61,832 nt of DNA from Actinomycetota bacterium (GTDB taxonomy: Bacteria; Actinomycetota; Actinomycetes; S36-B12): assembly GCA_009699015.1 (NCBI GenBank), contig WLOY01000004.1, forward strand, positions 1-61,832, in the 5' to 3' direction. The translations under genes and the position numbers were made by a program. This document shows positions 26,168 to 35,250 of the stretch, one piece after another. The notes below the pieces were generated by a model. It was not told the DNA's origin and searched no databases. It worked only from the letters and a program-made list of their open reading frames with translations. Numbering within the stretch: position 1 is the first letter of the stretch; every line of letters begins with the position of its first letter.

Positions 26168-26621
26168 GACCGGGAGTTTCGCCGGTGCCGGCCGCTGGGC
26201 GCTGGCGCCTCGGCTCGATGAGCTGCCCTGCCGGCGGGGGCCGGAGGAGCTGCCCTGCCGGCGGGGACTGGATGAGCCTGGGCGCGAAGGCCTGCCGCCT
26301 CGGTCACTTGACGTGGACCGGGCAGTATTCGTTGCAGTAATGAGGAACTCCCTTGATTGCGTGCTGTTGACAGGTTGCCGCGAACCTGTCGAAAAGGAGC
26401 ACGCGCCGCTGAGGCGGCAAAAACCCGAAGTAACAGGAGCATACCAAGCAATCAGGGCCACGGCTCCCACCAGGCAATGAAGGTGCTCCGGGGGCCGCGC
26501 GGGGGTCGCGCGGGGGTGGGGGCTTCTCAGGCAGGTTGATGTTGCTGCAGGCGTTCGATCATGATGCCGAAGCAACATCAACCAGCCTGAAACCGGGGGG
26601 CTGGGCCCTGGGGCAGCCGAG

Positions 26622-26981
26622 TTGTCCGATACTTGGCTGGTGGACGTGGATTCTGGCTTCGGCGTGTGTCTTGTTGCCCCTGCTGACCCCCGTGCCCGTG
26701 CTTTCACCATCGACCTTGCTGACGATTACCTCGGCGTGATCGGCGGAATCGTCGGCGGGAACGTCGACACCATCGTGCTCGACGACGGGCTGAGCCTGTG
26801 GTTCCGCGAAGATGCCCGAAGCGCGGGCCTGCCGCGCAATGTGTCGGCAACCCTCCTCGCCGGCGACCAGATTCACGGCGATGCGGTCGTCACCGCATTC
26901 GACATCGACGACGTCGGGAGCCTGGCGCTGTCAGCCGCGCAGGTTGAGTCGCTGTCGGGGCTGCTCGACCCTCGGCCGTAG
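26622..26981 (+). CDS. Small DUF3846-like protein
   Basis: 119 aa with a TTG start. ...VIGGIVGGNVDTIVLDDGLSLWFREDARSAGLPRNVSATLLAG..IHGDAVVTAFD resembles DUF3846 as I recall it. The 3' end overlaps the convergent membrane-protein gene by 51 nt. Confidence 0.5.
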   Translation: MSDTWLVDVDSGFGVCLVAPADPRARAFTIDLADDYLGVIGGIVGGNVDTIVLDDGLSLWFREDARSAGLPRNVSATLLAGDQIHGDAVVTAFDIDDVGSLALSAAQVESLSGLLDPRP

Positions 26982-29696
26982 GACGGCTTCGACCGACCGG
27001 TTCGTCTCGCGCAGGTCAATGGTGCGGGTGACGTCGCACTCGGCTGCCGCCTCGCGATCAAGCGGGCGGTCGACGCATCCGATGAGGTGGGTGGCCTGGC
27101 CAGCGCACGCACTTGAGGTCTGGTTGATCATCAGGCCATCGATTCCCCGTTCGGACTGCATGACCTGGACCGGCAACACGATGCCCCAGGGCCGCCAGCC
27201 GATCAGGTCGCTGCTGTCGGCGCCCGCGGCAGCCGACGCGGTGATCGCGATGCTCAGCCCCCGGTCGATGAGCATGCGGAGGGCCTGCCCGGCTCCGCTC
27301 GGCACGTCCTCGAACAGGAGCACCGTTCTCGCCGAGGTCTGCAGGTCGATGAGCGGGACGAGGACGTTCGGCAGTGACAGGTCACCCGCCTCAGGATGGA
27401 CGAGGATCGACGGCATGCGCAGGATGAGCGGTGCATCGACGAGTCCTGCAGCATCTGCCGACTGAACCGTCGCATTGAGCGCATCGAGCGAGATCTGAGC
27501 GGCGAGGGCTGCGAGATGCGCCTGTCGATTCACGGCCTTCAGGAGGTTCTCCGGCACCCGCATGTCAAGGTGCTTGAACTCCCGCGCCCAGCCAACCCCG
27601 AGGAGGAGCGCCTCGACGGCGTCGTCCTGAGTCCTTCGGACCGGGGTCACCTCCGTGACGAAGCGCCCTGTGCCGCGGTCGGCGCGCAGTCCATCGAGGA
27701 GATTCTCGACGGTCACCGGAGTTGTCTCGACATCGAAGATCTGCTCGGGCCGTAGGTCCAGGGTGCTGAAATCGGGGACCGTGAACGGGTTCCGCGTTGC
27801 CTGGTCGACGGCCAGCCGGTCGAGTGCGGTCTGGATGAGTCCCTCGGAGGTGAGGTCATCGACCTGATGGGCGGCGTAGCCGAATGAGGTCGTGACGAGC
27901 ACGTCGAGATCCATGGGTGTCGAGGAGCCGTGGGTGACGGTGTTGATGGTCTGCTGGAGATCGCGAAGGAGTTGAATGCTCGTGCGGATGACCGGACCGG
28001 AGGCGAGGGCCACCCAGATACGACCGGGACGCTCATATGCGACGAAAAACTCATGGCCGGAGAACGCCGGATTGGCGAGGGCGGCACGCATGACCTGACC
28101 GATGGCGGCATGCTCGTAGCGTCCGCCCGCGAGGGCTGGAAACTCGTCGATGCCGTAGACGCCGACGACGAGCGAGGCCTGGTGCGGATTGCGGTCGAAG
28201 CGCTCGCTCATCCGCCTCATGGACTCAACCAGCGCGGCCATGTTCGGCCAATGCTGCCCAGGATCGAACATGACGTCGTAGGCCGCGGCCTGCCGCTCGC
28301 TGCCTCCGGCGAGCATCGGCGTGACCATGGTCCAGGTCGCCAGCTCGCTGAACTTCTGCAGGAGCGCCTGAGACTGGGTGGCGAAACGGCCGGGTGCCAG
28401 GCAGTCCCAGACGGTCACCCCGCTGGTATTCGCCTGCTCAGAGCTCGGATACAACGGGATGTGCAGGGCGGAGAGGGCGACAACCTGCTCGAGCCGCTCG
28501 CGGGGTGCTCGTTCATATCGATGGGTCACGGCGAGGTTCTTCTTCGGTGCGCCCGATCCGATGTCGTGCACCGTGAGGGCCTGCATGCCGCCGAACACGA
28601 CCAGGGCCATCCGGCTCGTGGTCGGGAGCGACGCCTTGGCCGCGAGCTCCGGCGAGAGGGAGCCGTCGGCAAGCCGGGTCGCGATGCGCACCTGATGGGA
28701 GGCCCAGAGCACGAGGGTACGTTCGGCCTCGGCCCGCCACAGGGCGATCGATGCGACCCAAAGAAGTAGCCAGCAGGCGATGAAGACCCCGAGCCCGGCG
28801 AGGATCGCAGGTGTGGGCCCGCCCATGTCCGGCATGCGGAGGAGTTGCTCGCCTGTCAGGGTGACGAGCCAGGCAAGGAGCGCGCTCACGCCGGCGACGA
28901 GGAATCGGCGGCCATCTGTCGCATCGCGCACCACCGCCCACCCGACCTTGTCCATGCGAGCCCAGCGGTCCAGGGCTTCCATGGCCAGACCCAAGTAGAG
29001 CGCAACGACGGCGGCAAGCAAGAGGGGAACGATCGAGGAGTTGTCGACGACCGCTGCAGCAAGGGGCCGGACGATGACGAAGGCGACGGAACTGACGACC
29101 ATCATTGAGACGGCATGGTGGAGATGGAAGTAGCGCGCGTTCGGATCGCGGGCGATCGTCGCGCGATTCAGGATGAGGGTTCGCAGGAGGTAGGCCGTCC
29201 CGAGGAGCACGAACGCAACGGCGGGGGTGAGGTAGAGCCCGGCGAGCATCGCTCCGACGAGCACCGCATTGAACCGGATCGTCGTCGATTGCCAGGGTCG
29301 GATCGGGATCGACGGAGCATCGAGGATGGCGCGCGCGGAGGAGGTCGCGCCGGTTCGGAAGATTGCCTGCGGCGCGAACACGCTGATGGCCGCGAGGAGG
29401 AGTGCGGCAGCGAGCACTCCGGGGGTTGTCATGATCAGGGGCGGTGAGGCCGTGTCGCCAGTCGCGGAGATTGAGACGATGCCCACGGTCATCGAGGCGA
29501 TGCCGATGGCCGCGTACAGGGCCGTGAGGAGTCCGATTCGCAAGTGCAGCACGGCATCGTGGCCGCGGATGGCGGGGTTCGGGTACACCCAGGCGCCGAG
29601 TTCGCGAATGAGTCGTGCTGATCCTGCGACGACCGCTGAATCCATGCTGCACCTCCCTTGCCCTGCTCTGGCCGCTTGTTCCGTTCGGTGGATCAC
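26931..29696 (-). CDS. Polytopic membrane protein with a C-terminal degenerate GGDEF-like plus EAL-like region
   Basis: The N-terminal ~330 aa contain multiple hydrophobic spans. GIDEFPALAGGRYEHAAIGQVM...FVAYERPGRIWVAL resembles a GGDEF fold lacking the GGDEF motif. VEALLLGVGW...LLFEDVP...SIAITASAAAG resembles an EAL fold lacking catalytic residues. Confidence 0.5.
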   Translation of the reverse strand: MIHRTEQAARAGQGRCSMDSAVVAGSARLIRELGAWVYPNPAIRGHDAVLHLRIGLLTALYAAIGIASMTVGIVSISATGDTASPPLIMTTPGVLAAALLLAAISVFAPQAIFRTGATSSARAILDAPSIPIRPWQSTTIRFNAVLVGAMLAGLYLTPAVAFVLLGTAYLLRTLILNRATIARDPNARYFHLHHAVSMMVVSSVAFVIVRPLAAAVVDNSSIVPLLLAAVVALYLGLAMEALDRWARMDKVGWAVVRDATDGRRFLVAGVSALLAWLVTLTGEQLLRMPDMGGPTPAILAGLGVFIACWLLLWVASIALWRAEAERTLVLWASHQVRIATRLADGSLSPELAAKASLPTTSRMALVVFGGMQALTVHDIGSGAPKKNLAVTHRYERAPRERLEQVVALSALHIPLYPSSEQANTSGVTVWDCLAPGRFATQSQALLQKFSELATWTMVTPMLAGGSERQAAAYDVMFDPGQHWPNMAALVESMRRMSERFDRNPHQASLVVGVYGIDEFPALAGGRYEHAAIGQVMRAALANPAFSGHEFFVAYERPGRIWVALASGPVIRTSIQLLRDLQQTINTVTHGSSTPMDLDVLVTTSFGYAAHQVDDLTSEGLIQTALDRLAVDQATRNPFTVPDFSTLDLRPEQIFDVETTPVTVENLLDGLRADRGTGRFVTEVTPVRRTQDDAVEALLLGVGWAREFKHLDMRVPENLLKAVNRQAHLAALAAQISLDALNATVQSADAAGLVDAPLILRMPSILVHPEAGDLSLPNVLVPLIDLQTSARTVLLFEDVPSGAGQALRMLIDRGLSIAITASAAAGADSSDLIGWRPWGIVLPVQVMQSERGIDGLMINQTSSACAGQATHLIGCVDRPLDREAAAECDVTRTIDLRETNRSVEAVLRPRVEQPRQRLNLRG

Positions 29697-29787
29697 GCGA
29701 ACGCCCTACTGCATAGGGTCAAGGGTGCCTCACCCCCTCGTGAATTGCCACACTCGCCATGCTCGTAGCCACCTGGGCGACCGATCA

Positions 29788-29817
29788 CCGTGGGTCTGGG
29801 GATCGTGGGTCTGGGGA
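29788..29817 (+). promoter_or_regulatory. Tandem 15-bp direct repeat in a divergent promoter region
   Basis: cCGTGGGTCTGGGGA tCGTGGGTCTGGGGA, with 14 of 15 nt identical. It lies between the GGDEF/EAL-like gene (start 29696, minus strand) and the first pilin-like gene (start 29933). Confidence 0.5.
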
Positions 29818-29865
29818 ACGTAGGTAACGTCTCGTCGAGGATGAACGGACCCTCGGTCCGATTTC

Positions 29866-29876
29866 GTCCGAAACAC
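29866..29876 (+). promoter_or_regulatory. GTCCGAAACAC motif, copy 1 (56 nt upstream of the pilin-like operon start)
   Basis: The same 9-11-mer recurs at 38056-38064 and 44220-44230. All three copies are intergenic, on the coding strand and upstream of pilus genes. Each is preceded about 10-11 nt upstream by a related G(G/T)CCG(A/T)-like half-site. Confidence 0.45.
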
Positions 29877-29932
29877 ACCCATGAAGACGCCGGTCTCGAT
29901 GGCCAGCGCTGGGATGTTATCGGAGGTGCAAC

Positions 29933-31255
29933 GTGCGCTCGCCCGTACGCGCTCGTGCCGCTTCCGACGACGGCTTCACGCTCGTCGAGGTGCTCGCCGC
30001 CATGGTCGTGTTCATCCTCGTCTCGACCGCAACGGTCTCGATCCTCATCCTCGCCCTGCGCACGGTTCGCGAGAACAGCGACCGGGTGCAGGCCGCCAAC
30101 ATCGCGAGGTCGCAGGTTGACGCGATGCGGTTCCTCGGCGCCTCGCTCATCCCCAAGGGGCTGAGTCTCGGCGGCCCCACAGGGACAGACCCCAGTTTCA
30201 CTGTCCGAACGACCGCGAACTGGGTCGGGCTCAGTCAGACGGTGAGCGCCTGCGAGGCGGCCCAGCCCGGCCAGGCGTACGTTCGGGTCCACGTCGAGGT
30301 CTCGTCCGCGAACCTCAGCGGCCCGCAGGTCATCGACACGATCGTCGTCCCCGAATCAGGGGATACGGCCGATGGGACAGGTGCGACAACGGTCGCCGTC
30401 GTCGACCAGTTGGGTGCCCCCGTGTCCGACGTCGCCGTTCGCGGCCTCGACGCCATCAAGCCCACGAACGCTTTCACGCTCACGACCGGATCCGATGGCT
30501 GCCTGTTCCTGCCCGGGCTCGCCCCCACCGGATCCCTGATCGTGACAGTTTCGAGGACGGGCTACGTGTCGTCGACCCCGACCGGGACCTCGCAGACCCT
30601 GCTCGTGACCTCGGGTTCTGTTACCCGATCGACCTTCGAGCTCGCTGCCCAGTCGAGCATCGTTTTTGCCTCGGCCCTCCCCACCTACCTGATGCCCCCG
30701 CTCATGCCTGTGTCATGGCAGGTCAACACGACGGGTGCTGCGCTCACAGCTGCGACTGCAGGAGCGACAGTCGGTCAATTATGGCCGAATACCAACGGTT
30801 TTTCGGCATGGGCTGGTTCGTGTGCCGATGCGAATCCGACCGCCTACGGGGTCGCTCATCAGGCGTTCGCCTTCATTGCAGGTCAGTCGACGATCGCTGC
30901 CCTGGCGGTAGCCCCCGTGAGAATCCGAGGGCTCCCCGCCGATGCGGACGTCACGGCCTTCTATGACGGAACCGATCCAGCGTGCGCGGGTCAGTCGTTC
31001 GCGCTCGGCAAGAGCGACATCCTCGGAGTCCTGAAAGTCGGGCTGCCCTACGGGCAATGGCGATTCCAGACGCCCGGACAGGTTCAAACGCTCCTGGCTC
31101 CGCTCCTACCCTCCCCGGACTCCACACCTCTGACCGAGGTCGTCGTCAACTTCACTCTTGCCGATCTCGACAATCCGTCGCCGAGTCCCTCCGGGACGGC
31201 AGCGCCGACCTCGACAGCGACACCGTCGCCGACGGCGACCGGGGGCACGCCATGA
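29933..31255 (+). CDS. Large pilin-like (minor pilin/pseudopilin) protein with a prepilin N-terminus
   Basis: SD GGAGG plus GTG start. N-terminus ..SDDGFTLVEVLAAMVVFILVS is a class III signal (G/FTLxE). 440 aa. Confidence 0.8.
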   Translation: MRSPVRARAASDDGFTLVEVLAAMVVFILVSTATVSILILALRTVRENSDRVQAANIARSQVDAMRFLGASLIPKGLSLGGPTGTDPSFTVRTTANWVGLSQTVSACEAAQPGQAYVRVHVEVSSANLSGPQVIDTIVVPESGDTADGTGATTVAVVDQLGAPVSDVAVRGLDAIKPTNAFTLTTGSDGCLFLPGLAPTGSLIVTVSRTGYVSSTPTGTSQTLLVTSGSVTRSTFELAAQSSIVFASALPTYLMPPLMPVSWQVNTTGAALTAATAGATVGQLWPNTNGFSAWAGSCADANPTAYGVAHQAFAFIAGQSTIAALAVAPVRIRGLPADADVTAFYDGTDPACAGQSFALGKSDILGVLKVGLPYGQWRFQTPGQVQTLLAPLLPSPDSTPLTEVVVNFTLADLDNPSPSPSGTAAPTSTATPSPTATGGTP

Positions 31256-31929
31256 TCACGCGCCCGCAGACAGTCAAAGGCGACGACCCGGCAGGCGACG
31301 CGGGTTTCACCCTCACTGAACTGCTCATGGCCATGGCGATCTTCGGCATCCTCATGGCCATCGTGGGCGGCGCGATGCTGTCAGGCTTCTCGACCATCCG
31401 CACGGTCATCTCGGAGACGAGCGATCAGGCCGACGTCCAGAACAGCGCCGAGTGGACGACCCGCCTCCTGCGTTACATGGACATCCCGACCGGCCGGACC
31501 GCAGCCATCGACCAGCTCGGCCCGACATCGATCACCTTCTACACCTACTCGGGCACTGGCGATAGGAACGACGTCCCCTACAAGGCGAAGGTCTCGACCA
31601 TCGCGAATGCGAATGGCAGCACCTCCCTCGTCTCGGATATCTGGACGCCGACCATGGTGGCCGCGGCATGGACCTGGCCCGAGCCCGCTGTCCGCCGGAC
31701 ACTCCTCACGGTCCCGCAGGGTGTCGCGGCGCCCCTGCGGCTCACCCTCGCCACCTGCGACACCCTGACCGAGTGCACGAGCGTGAAACGCGAGATCGCC
31801 CCTGCGGTCCTCGGCCCGGTCTCCCTCGATGTCGGCGAGGTACCCCAATCAGTCACCATCACGATCGGAAACCCGGCCGAGCCGGGCACTCTCGTAACCC
31901 AACGGGTGAGGCTGGTGAATCTCGGATGA
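31252..31929 (+). CDS. Minor pilin-like protein
   Basis: ATGA overlap with the previous gene. ..GDAGFTLTELLMAMAIFGILMAIV is a prepilin cleavage/methylation motif. Confidence 0.8.
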   Translation: MITRPQTVKGDDPAGDAGFTLTELLMAMAIFGILMAIVGGAMLSGFSTIRTVISETSDQADVQNSAEWTTRLLRYMDIPTGRTAAIDQLGPTSITFYTYSGTGDRNDVPYKAKVSTIANANGSTSLVSDIWTPTMVAAAWTWPEPAVRRTLLTVPQGVAAPLRLTLATCDTLTECTSVKREIAPAVLGPVSLDVGEVPQSVTITIGNPAEPGTLVTQRVRLVNLG

Positions 31930-34133
31930 AGGCCACAAGGTTGGTGAACGCACGATCAGCGGTGCACGGTGACCGCGGCGCGGCCAGTCACGGTGACCGC
32001 GGCGCGGCCAGTCACGGTGACCGCGGCGCGGCCATGATCCTCGTCATGGCCTGGAGCATGCTCCTCCTCCTCCTCGCCCTCGTCGTCACCCGAGCCGCCA
32101 TCGGGCAGATCCTCCCCTCTGATCGCAGTGAACGCTCCTATGAGGCGCTGGCCGCCGCGGAGGCCGGCATCGATGACTACCGGGCCAGGCTTCTTGCCCA
32201 GCCGAGCTACTTCAGGGAGTCCGATCCGACGAACCTCTCGCTCACCGGCTGGGCCCAGGTGCCTGGCGGTGCCTCCGCCGGCGAGTTCACTGTGGCCGTC
32301 GACTCCTCGACCGCTGGCTCCGAGGGTGTCATCCGGCTCTACTCGACGGGCCGTTCCGGGAACATGACGCGCACGCTCGAGGCGGTGCTCTCGAAGCGAT
32401 CGACCCTGGACTACGTCTACATGAGCGATATCGAGACGCCCTCGCCGATGCTGCCCGGTGCGTACTCAACGGCGCCCATCGCAGGTGCCGTTGGCGGCCA
32501 GCCGACGAGCCAGGGCGTGGCGAGCAGCCTGTGCTCCCGCTACTGGTACGAGCAGGGCGCCATCTCGCCGACCGTTCAGGGAAACCAGCGAAATCTCAAT
32601 TTCTGCCAGTGGGCAGGCATCTACAGCAACGAGCGCATCGTGGGCAAGCTCCACACCAATGACGTGTGGCGGCTTGACAACGTCAATCTCTCCGGAGCCC
32701 TCGATGCGGGGGCGATCTCGTCGGCCTGCCGGAGCGCGGCTGACGGGCTCCTTCCCGGCGAGGTCGGCTGCTCGGAGAACCGCCGATTCATCTCGACGGC
32801 CGAGAGCGGCATCACGAGCAACAACGGCGCAAACGCCGTTTGGCCGCCAGCATCCACCCCGACATACCAGGGCGACGCCTTTCGGCCCGCATCGAGCGGT
32901 GATGCCACGCAGCGCAACCCACGCTACGAGCCGGTACTCGAACTGCCGCAGTCGCCAGCGCTGCTCAAGAAGCGGGCAAGTTCGAACGGATGCGTATTCA
33001 CCGGACCGACCCGCATCCGGTTTTCAGTCGAGACCGGGGTCGGCTACATGTATGTCACGAGTCCCGACACGTTGGTGACGGCGACCGCATGCGGTGGCAC
33101 GACGCTGAAGTCCTCGACCTCGGCTCCGGCGACGCAGGTGACGAAGAAGATCGCCCTGAATGGCTTCACCGACCTCGTCGTGTATATCCAGAACGTGCCC
33201 CGGCCCGGCCAGGCCGACGATGCGGACAATGACTACGACGTGAACAATCGCTGGACCGCCGGGACAGAGCCGACCTGCAAGGCGAAGACCACGAAGATCT
33301 ACCCGTACCTGATCCCGAACGACACCGTCGACAGGGCCCTGTTCAACTCCGGTTCGACGTACAAGGGGTTCCCGTCGGAGCAGGCAGATCCGGCATCCCC
33401 TTGGTACGCGAACAACTGCGGCAGCGGTGATCTCTACGTCCAGGGTCCCTACAAGGGCAACCTCACCATCGCGACGCAGAGCAACATCGTCCTGACGAGC
33501 AGCGTCACGGACTCCACATCGACGGGCACCTCAGGGCAACCGGCCGCGAGCTCGACGAGCGCGCTGGGACTCGTATCGGAGAAGTTCACCTACGCCTACC
33601 GGCCGACGAAGGCGGATCGAACGTGGGTCGGCGACTGGAAGTCGGCCAATGCCGTTGATCCGAAGTACAACTTCGCCCTGCTCGCGGTCGATGAGTGCTT
33701 CGCCGCTCAGGATCCGTACTACTCGCCGAGGCAGGGCAACATCTACCTGTGGGGATCGCTCGCGCAGAAGTACCGCTGCGTCGTCGGATCGACCGGCGGC
33801 TACTACAAGCAGTACGCCTTTGACAGTCGGCTGATGAGCCTGCATCCGCCGTACATGCTCGAGCTCTCGACAGAGCCGTGGGAGGTGGAGCGCTACTCCG
33901 AGCTCACGCCGGTCACGCAGGGGGTCGGGTCGACGGCATGGCCGCTGGTGACCGCGCGTGATGGGGTGGTGACCGTGCAGAACGCCGTCGTCCAGTCCGG
34001 CGCTGCGACGGTGGCAGTAGTGGGAACCACCGCGACAGTCGCGGCAACATCAGCCGGGCAGGTCGTGGTGAGCTATGAGGTGGTCTCCGCGTCCACTGTG
34101 GAAACGAGGCATCTGGTTGTGACGGTCGAGTAG
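31926..34133 (+). CDS. Large PilX-like/pilus-tip-associated protein with an N-terminal TM anchor and no G-FTLxE motif
   Basis: ATGA overlap with the previous gene. The N-terminus is MKATRLVNARSAV(HGDRGAAS)x3 followed by the hydrophobic MILVMAWSMLLLLLALVV. 735 aa. Confidence 0.65.
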   Translation: MKATRLVNARSAVHGDRGAASHGDRGAASHGDRGAAMILVMAWSMLLLLLALVVTRAAIGQILPSDRSERSYEALAAAEAGIDDYRARLLAQPSYFRESDPTNLSLTGWAQVPGGASAGEFTVAVDSSTAGSEGVIRLYSTGRSGNMTRTLEAVLSKRSTLDYVYMSDIETPSPMLPGAYSTAPIAGAVGGQPTSQGVASSLCSRYWYEQGAISPTVQGNQRNLNFCQWAGIYSNERIVGKLHTNDVWRLDNVNLSGALDAGAISSACRSAADGLLPGEVGCSENRRFISTAESGITSNNGANAVWPPASTPTYQGDAFRPASSGDATQRNPRYEPVLELPQSPALLKKRASSNGCVFTGPTRIRFSVETGVGYMYVTSPDTLVTATACGGTTLKSSTSAPATQVTKKIALNGFTDLVVYIQNVPRPGQADDADNDYDVNNRWTAGTEPTCKAKTTKIYPYLIPNDTVDRALFNSGSTYKGFPSEQADPASPWYANNCGSGDLYVQGPYKGNLTIATQSNIVLTSSVTDSTSTGTSGQPAASSTSALGLVSEKFTYAYRPTKADRTWVGDWKSANAVDPKYNFALLAVDECFAAQDPYYSPRQGNIYLWGSLAQKYRCVVGSTGGYYKQYAFDSRLMSLHPPYMLELSTEPWEVERYSELTPVTQGVGSTAWPLVTARDGVVTVQNAVVQSGAATVAVVGTTATVAATSAGQVVVSYEVVSASTVETRHLVVTVE
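31965..32033 (+). repeat. 24-bp perfect tandem repeat, 2.9 copies (HGDRGAAS)
   Basis: cacggtgaccgcggcgcggccagt starts at 31965, 31989 and 32013. It is in frame, directly before the TM segment. Confidence 0.95.
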
Positions 34134-34199
34134 CGAGCCAATGATCCTGCGGGCCTGACTAGGGTTGGAGGCCGCGAAGGGTGATTGGGGTGATGGTGC

Positions 34200-35093
34200 G
34201 TGACGACCTCCCCTGATGGGTCATGGTCGGCGGAGGAGTTCTACGTCGATCTCCTGGCCCGGGTCAACGTGTTCACCGACCGTTCCCGCGCCTACGCGAA
34301 CGCCGGCCAGGTCGAAGCAGCAGTGGTGAGCCAGTGGGGCGCGGACGTCTTGACCCTGCAATCCGTCGCCTGGGAGCGCATTGTCGTCGTCTCGAGCGCA
34401 CCGCAGGAGCCGCTCTTTCAGCTCGGCGCCCGGGTTCTCGACGGACTGGGCGCCTGTGGCCTGCAGTCCGCATCCCAGGAATTCGGTGGCGCGAGCCGCT
34501 TGGCGCCAACGGCGGCCGGTCTGGTCGCCGCAGCACGTGACGCGATGGTCGCCTCAATCGATGACGACCTGCGCAGCGAACTAATGACGCGCCTGCAGTC
34601 GCTCGACCACCTGGATTCCCTGAAAGCGCCGAGTGCCGTCGACTTCAGCGTTGCAGCGCGGTCTCGGCTCGCTGGAATGAGTCCTGAGGACTTCGTGGGG
34701 CGCCGACGGCTGGACGCCGCCGCTCGTATGGCGCAGGCCTGCCGGATCGCTGAGGGCCTCGTGGCGGTCGGTCCGGGTGCGGATTCGTCCCCTGCCACTG
34801 CCGAGGATGCACCCGACGGGTCGGGGACGGTGACCGCTGCCATCGCGGCGGCCTATGAGGCCGACATGCTCACCCTTGACGCCTACCTCGTGGAGTCCGC
34901 GCTCGCCATCGGCGACGACCTGCTCTTCACCGTCCAGTTGCGCTGGGACTATGCGGCGGCGGCGGTGACGAGGCTCGCCGGCGTGCCAGCCGACCTCAGT
35001 GCAGCGGTCGCGCTCGTTCGTCGGACGCTGGCCCGAAGCCTCGGGGCCGGCGACGGGGCCCGACTCGAGCGAACCTGGATCCCACTCAACTGA
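34200..35093 (+). CDS. Hypothetical protein (Ala/Leu/Asp-rich, no TM seen)
   Basis: 297-aa ORF with a GTG start and host-like codon usage. It sits between the pilin-like operon and pilO. No family recognised. Confidence 0.5.
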   Translation: MTTSPDGSWSAEEFYVDLLARVNVFTDRSRAYANAGQVEAAVVSQWGADVLTLQSVAWERIVVVSSAPQEPLFQLGARVLDGLGACGLQSASQEFGGASRLAPTAAGLVAAARDAMVASIDDDLRSELMTRLQSLDHLDSLKAPSAVDFSVAARSRLAGMSPEDFVGRRRLDAAARMAQACRIAEGLVAVGPGADSSPATAEDAPDGSGTVTAAIAAAYEADMLTLDAYLVESALAIGDDLLFTVQLRWDYAAAAVTRLAGVPADLSAAVALVRRTLARSLGAGDGARLERTWIPLN

Positions 35094-35138
35094 CCCGGTT
35101 CGGCGACCCGCAGGGCGTCAGGAGCGCGTCCACGGTGT

Positions 35139-35202
35139 TTGGGCGGGTTGATGCTGCGCTGCTGAAGGTTTCTGCTCCTCGCAGCGACATCAACCCGCCC
35201 AA
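35139..35202. terminator. Long GC-rich hairpin between convergent genes (bidirectional terminator candidate)
   Basis: TTGGGCGGGTTGATG (35139-35153) pairs perfectly with CATCAACCCGCCCAA (35188-35202). An extra 5 bp (CTGCG/CGCAG) follows a 3-nt bulge. There is no T-tract. Confidence 0.55.
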
Positions 35203-35250
35203 TCACTCGGCGGGATTGGAACATGGTGGGCCGGGCTCTTGGCGGCTTGG

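Noticed and set aside
25139-26221. 360-aa plus-strand ORF and several others opposite the DEAD-box helicase.
   Set aside because: They lie antisense to a gene carrying all the DEAD-box motifs and have no motifs of their own.
26168-26710. Upstream 181 codons of the DEAD-box helicase ORF, including the in-frame RRQGSSS x2 stretch.
   Set aside because: There is no ATG/GTG/TTG between the implausible far-upstream start and ATG 26167. Only an ATT lies behind an AGGGAG. The Q-motif spacing fits the 26167 start. This is kept as a start-site caveat only.
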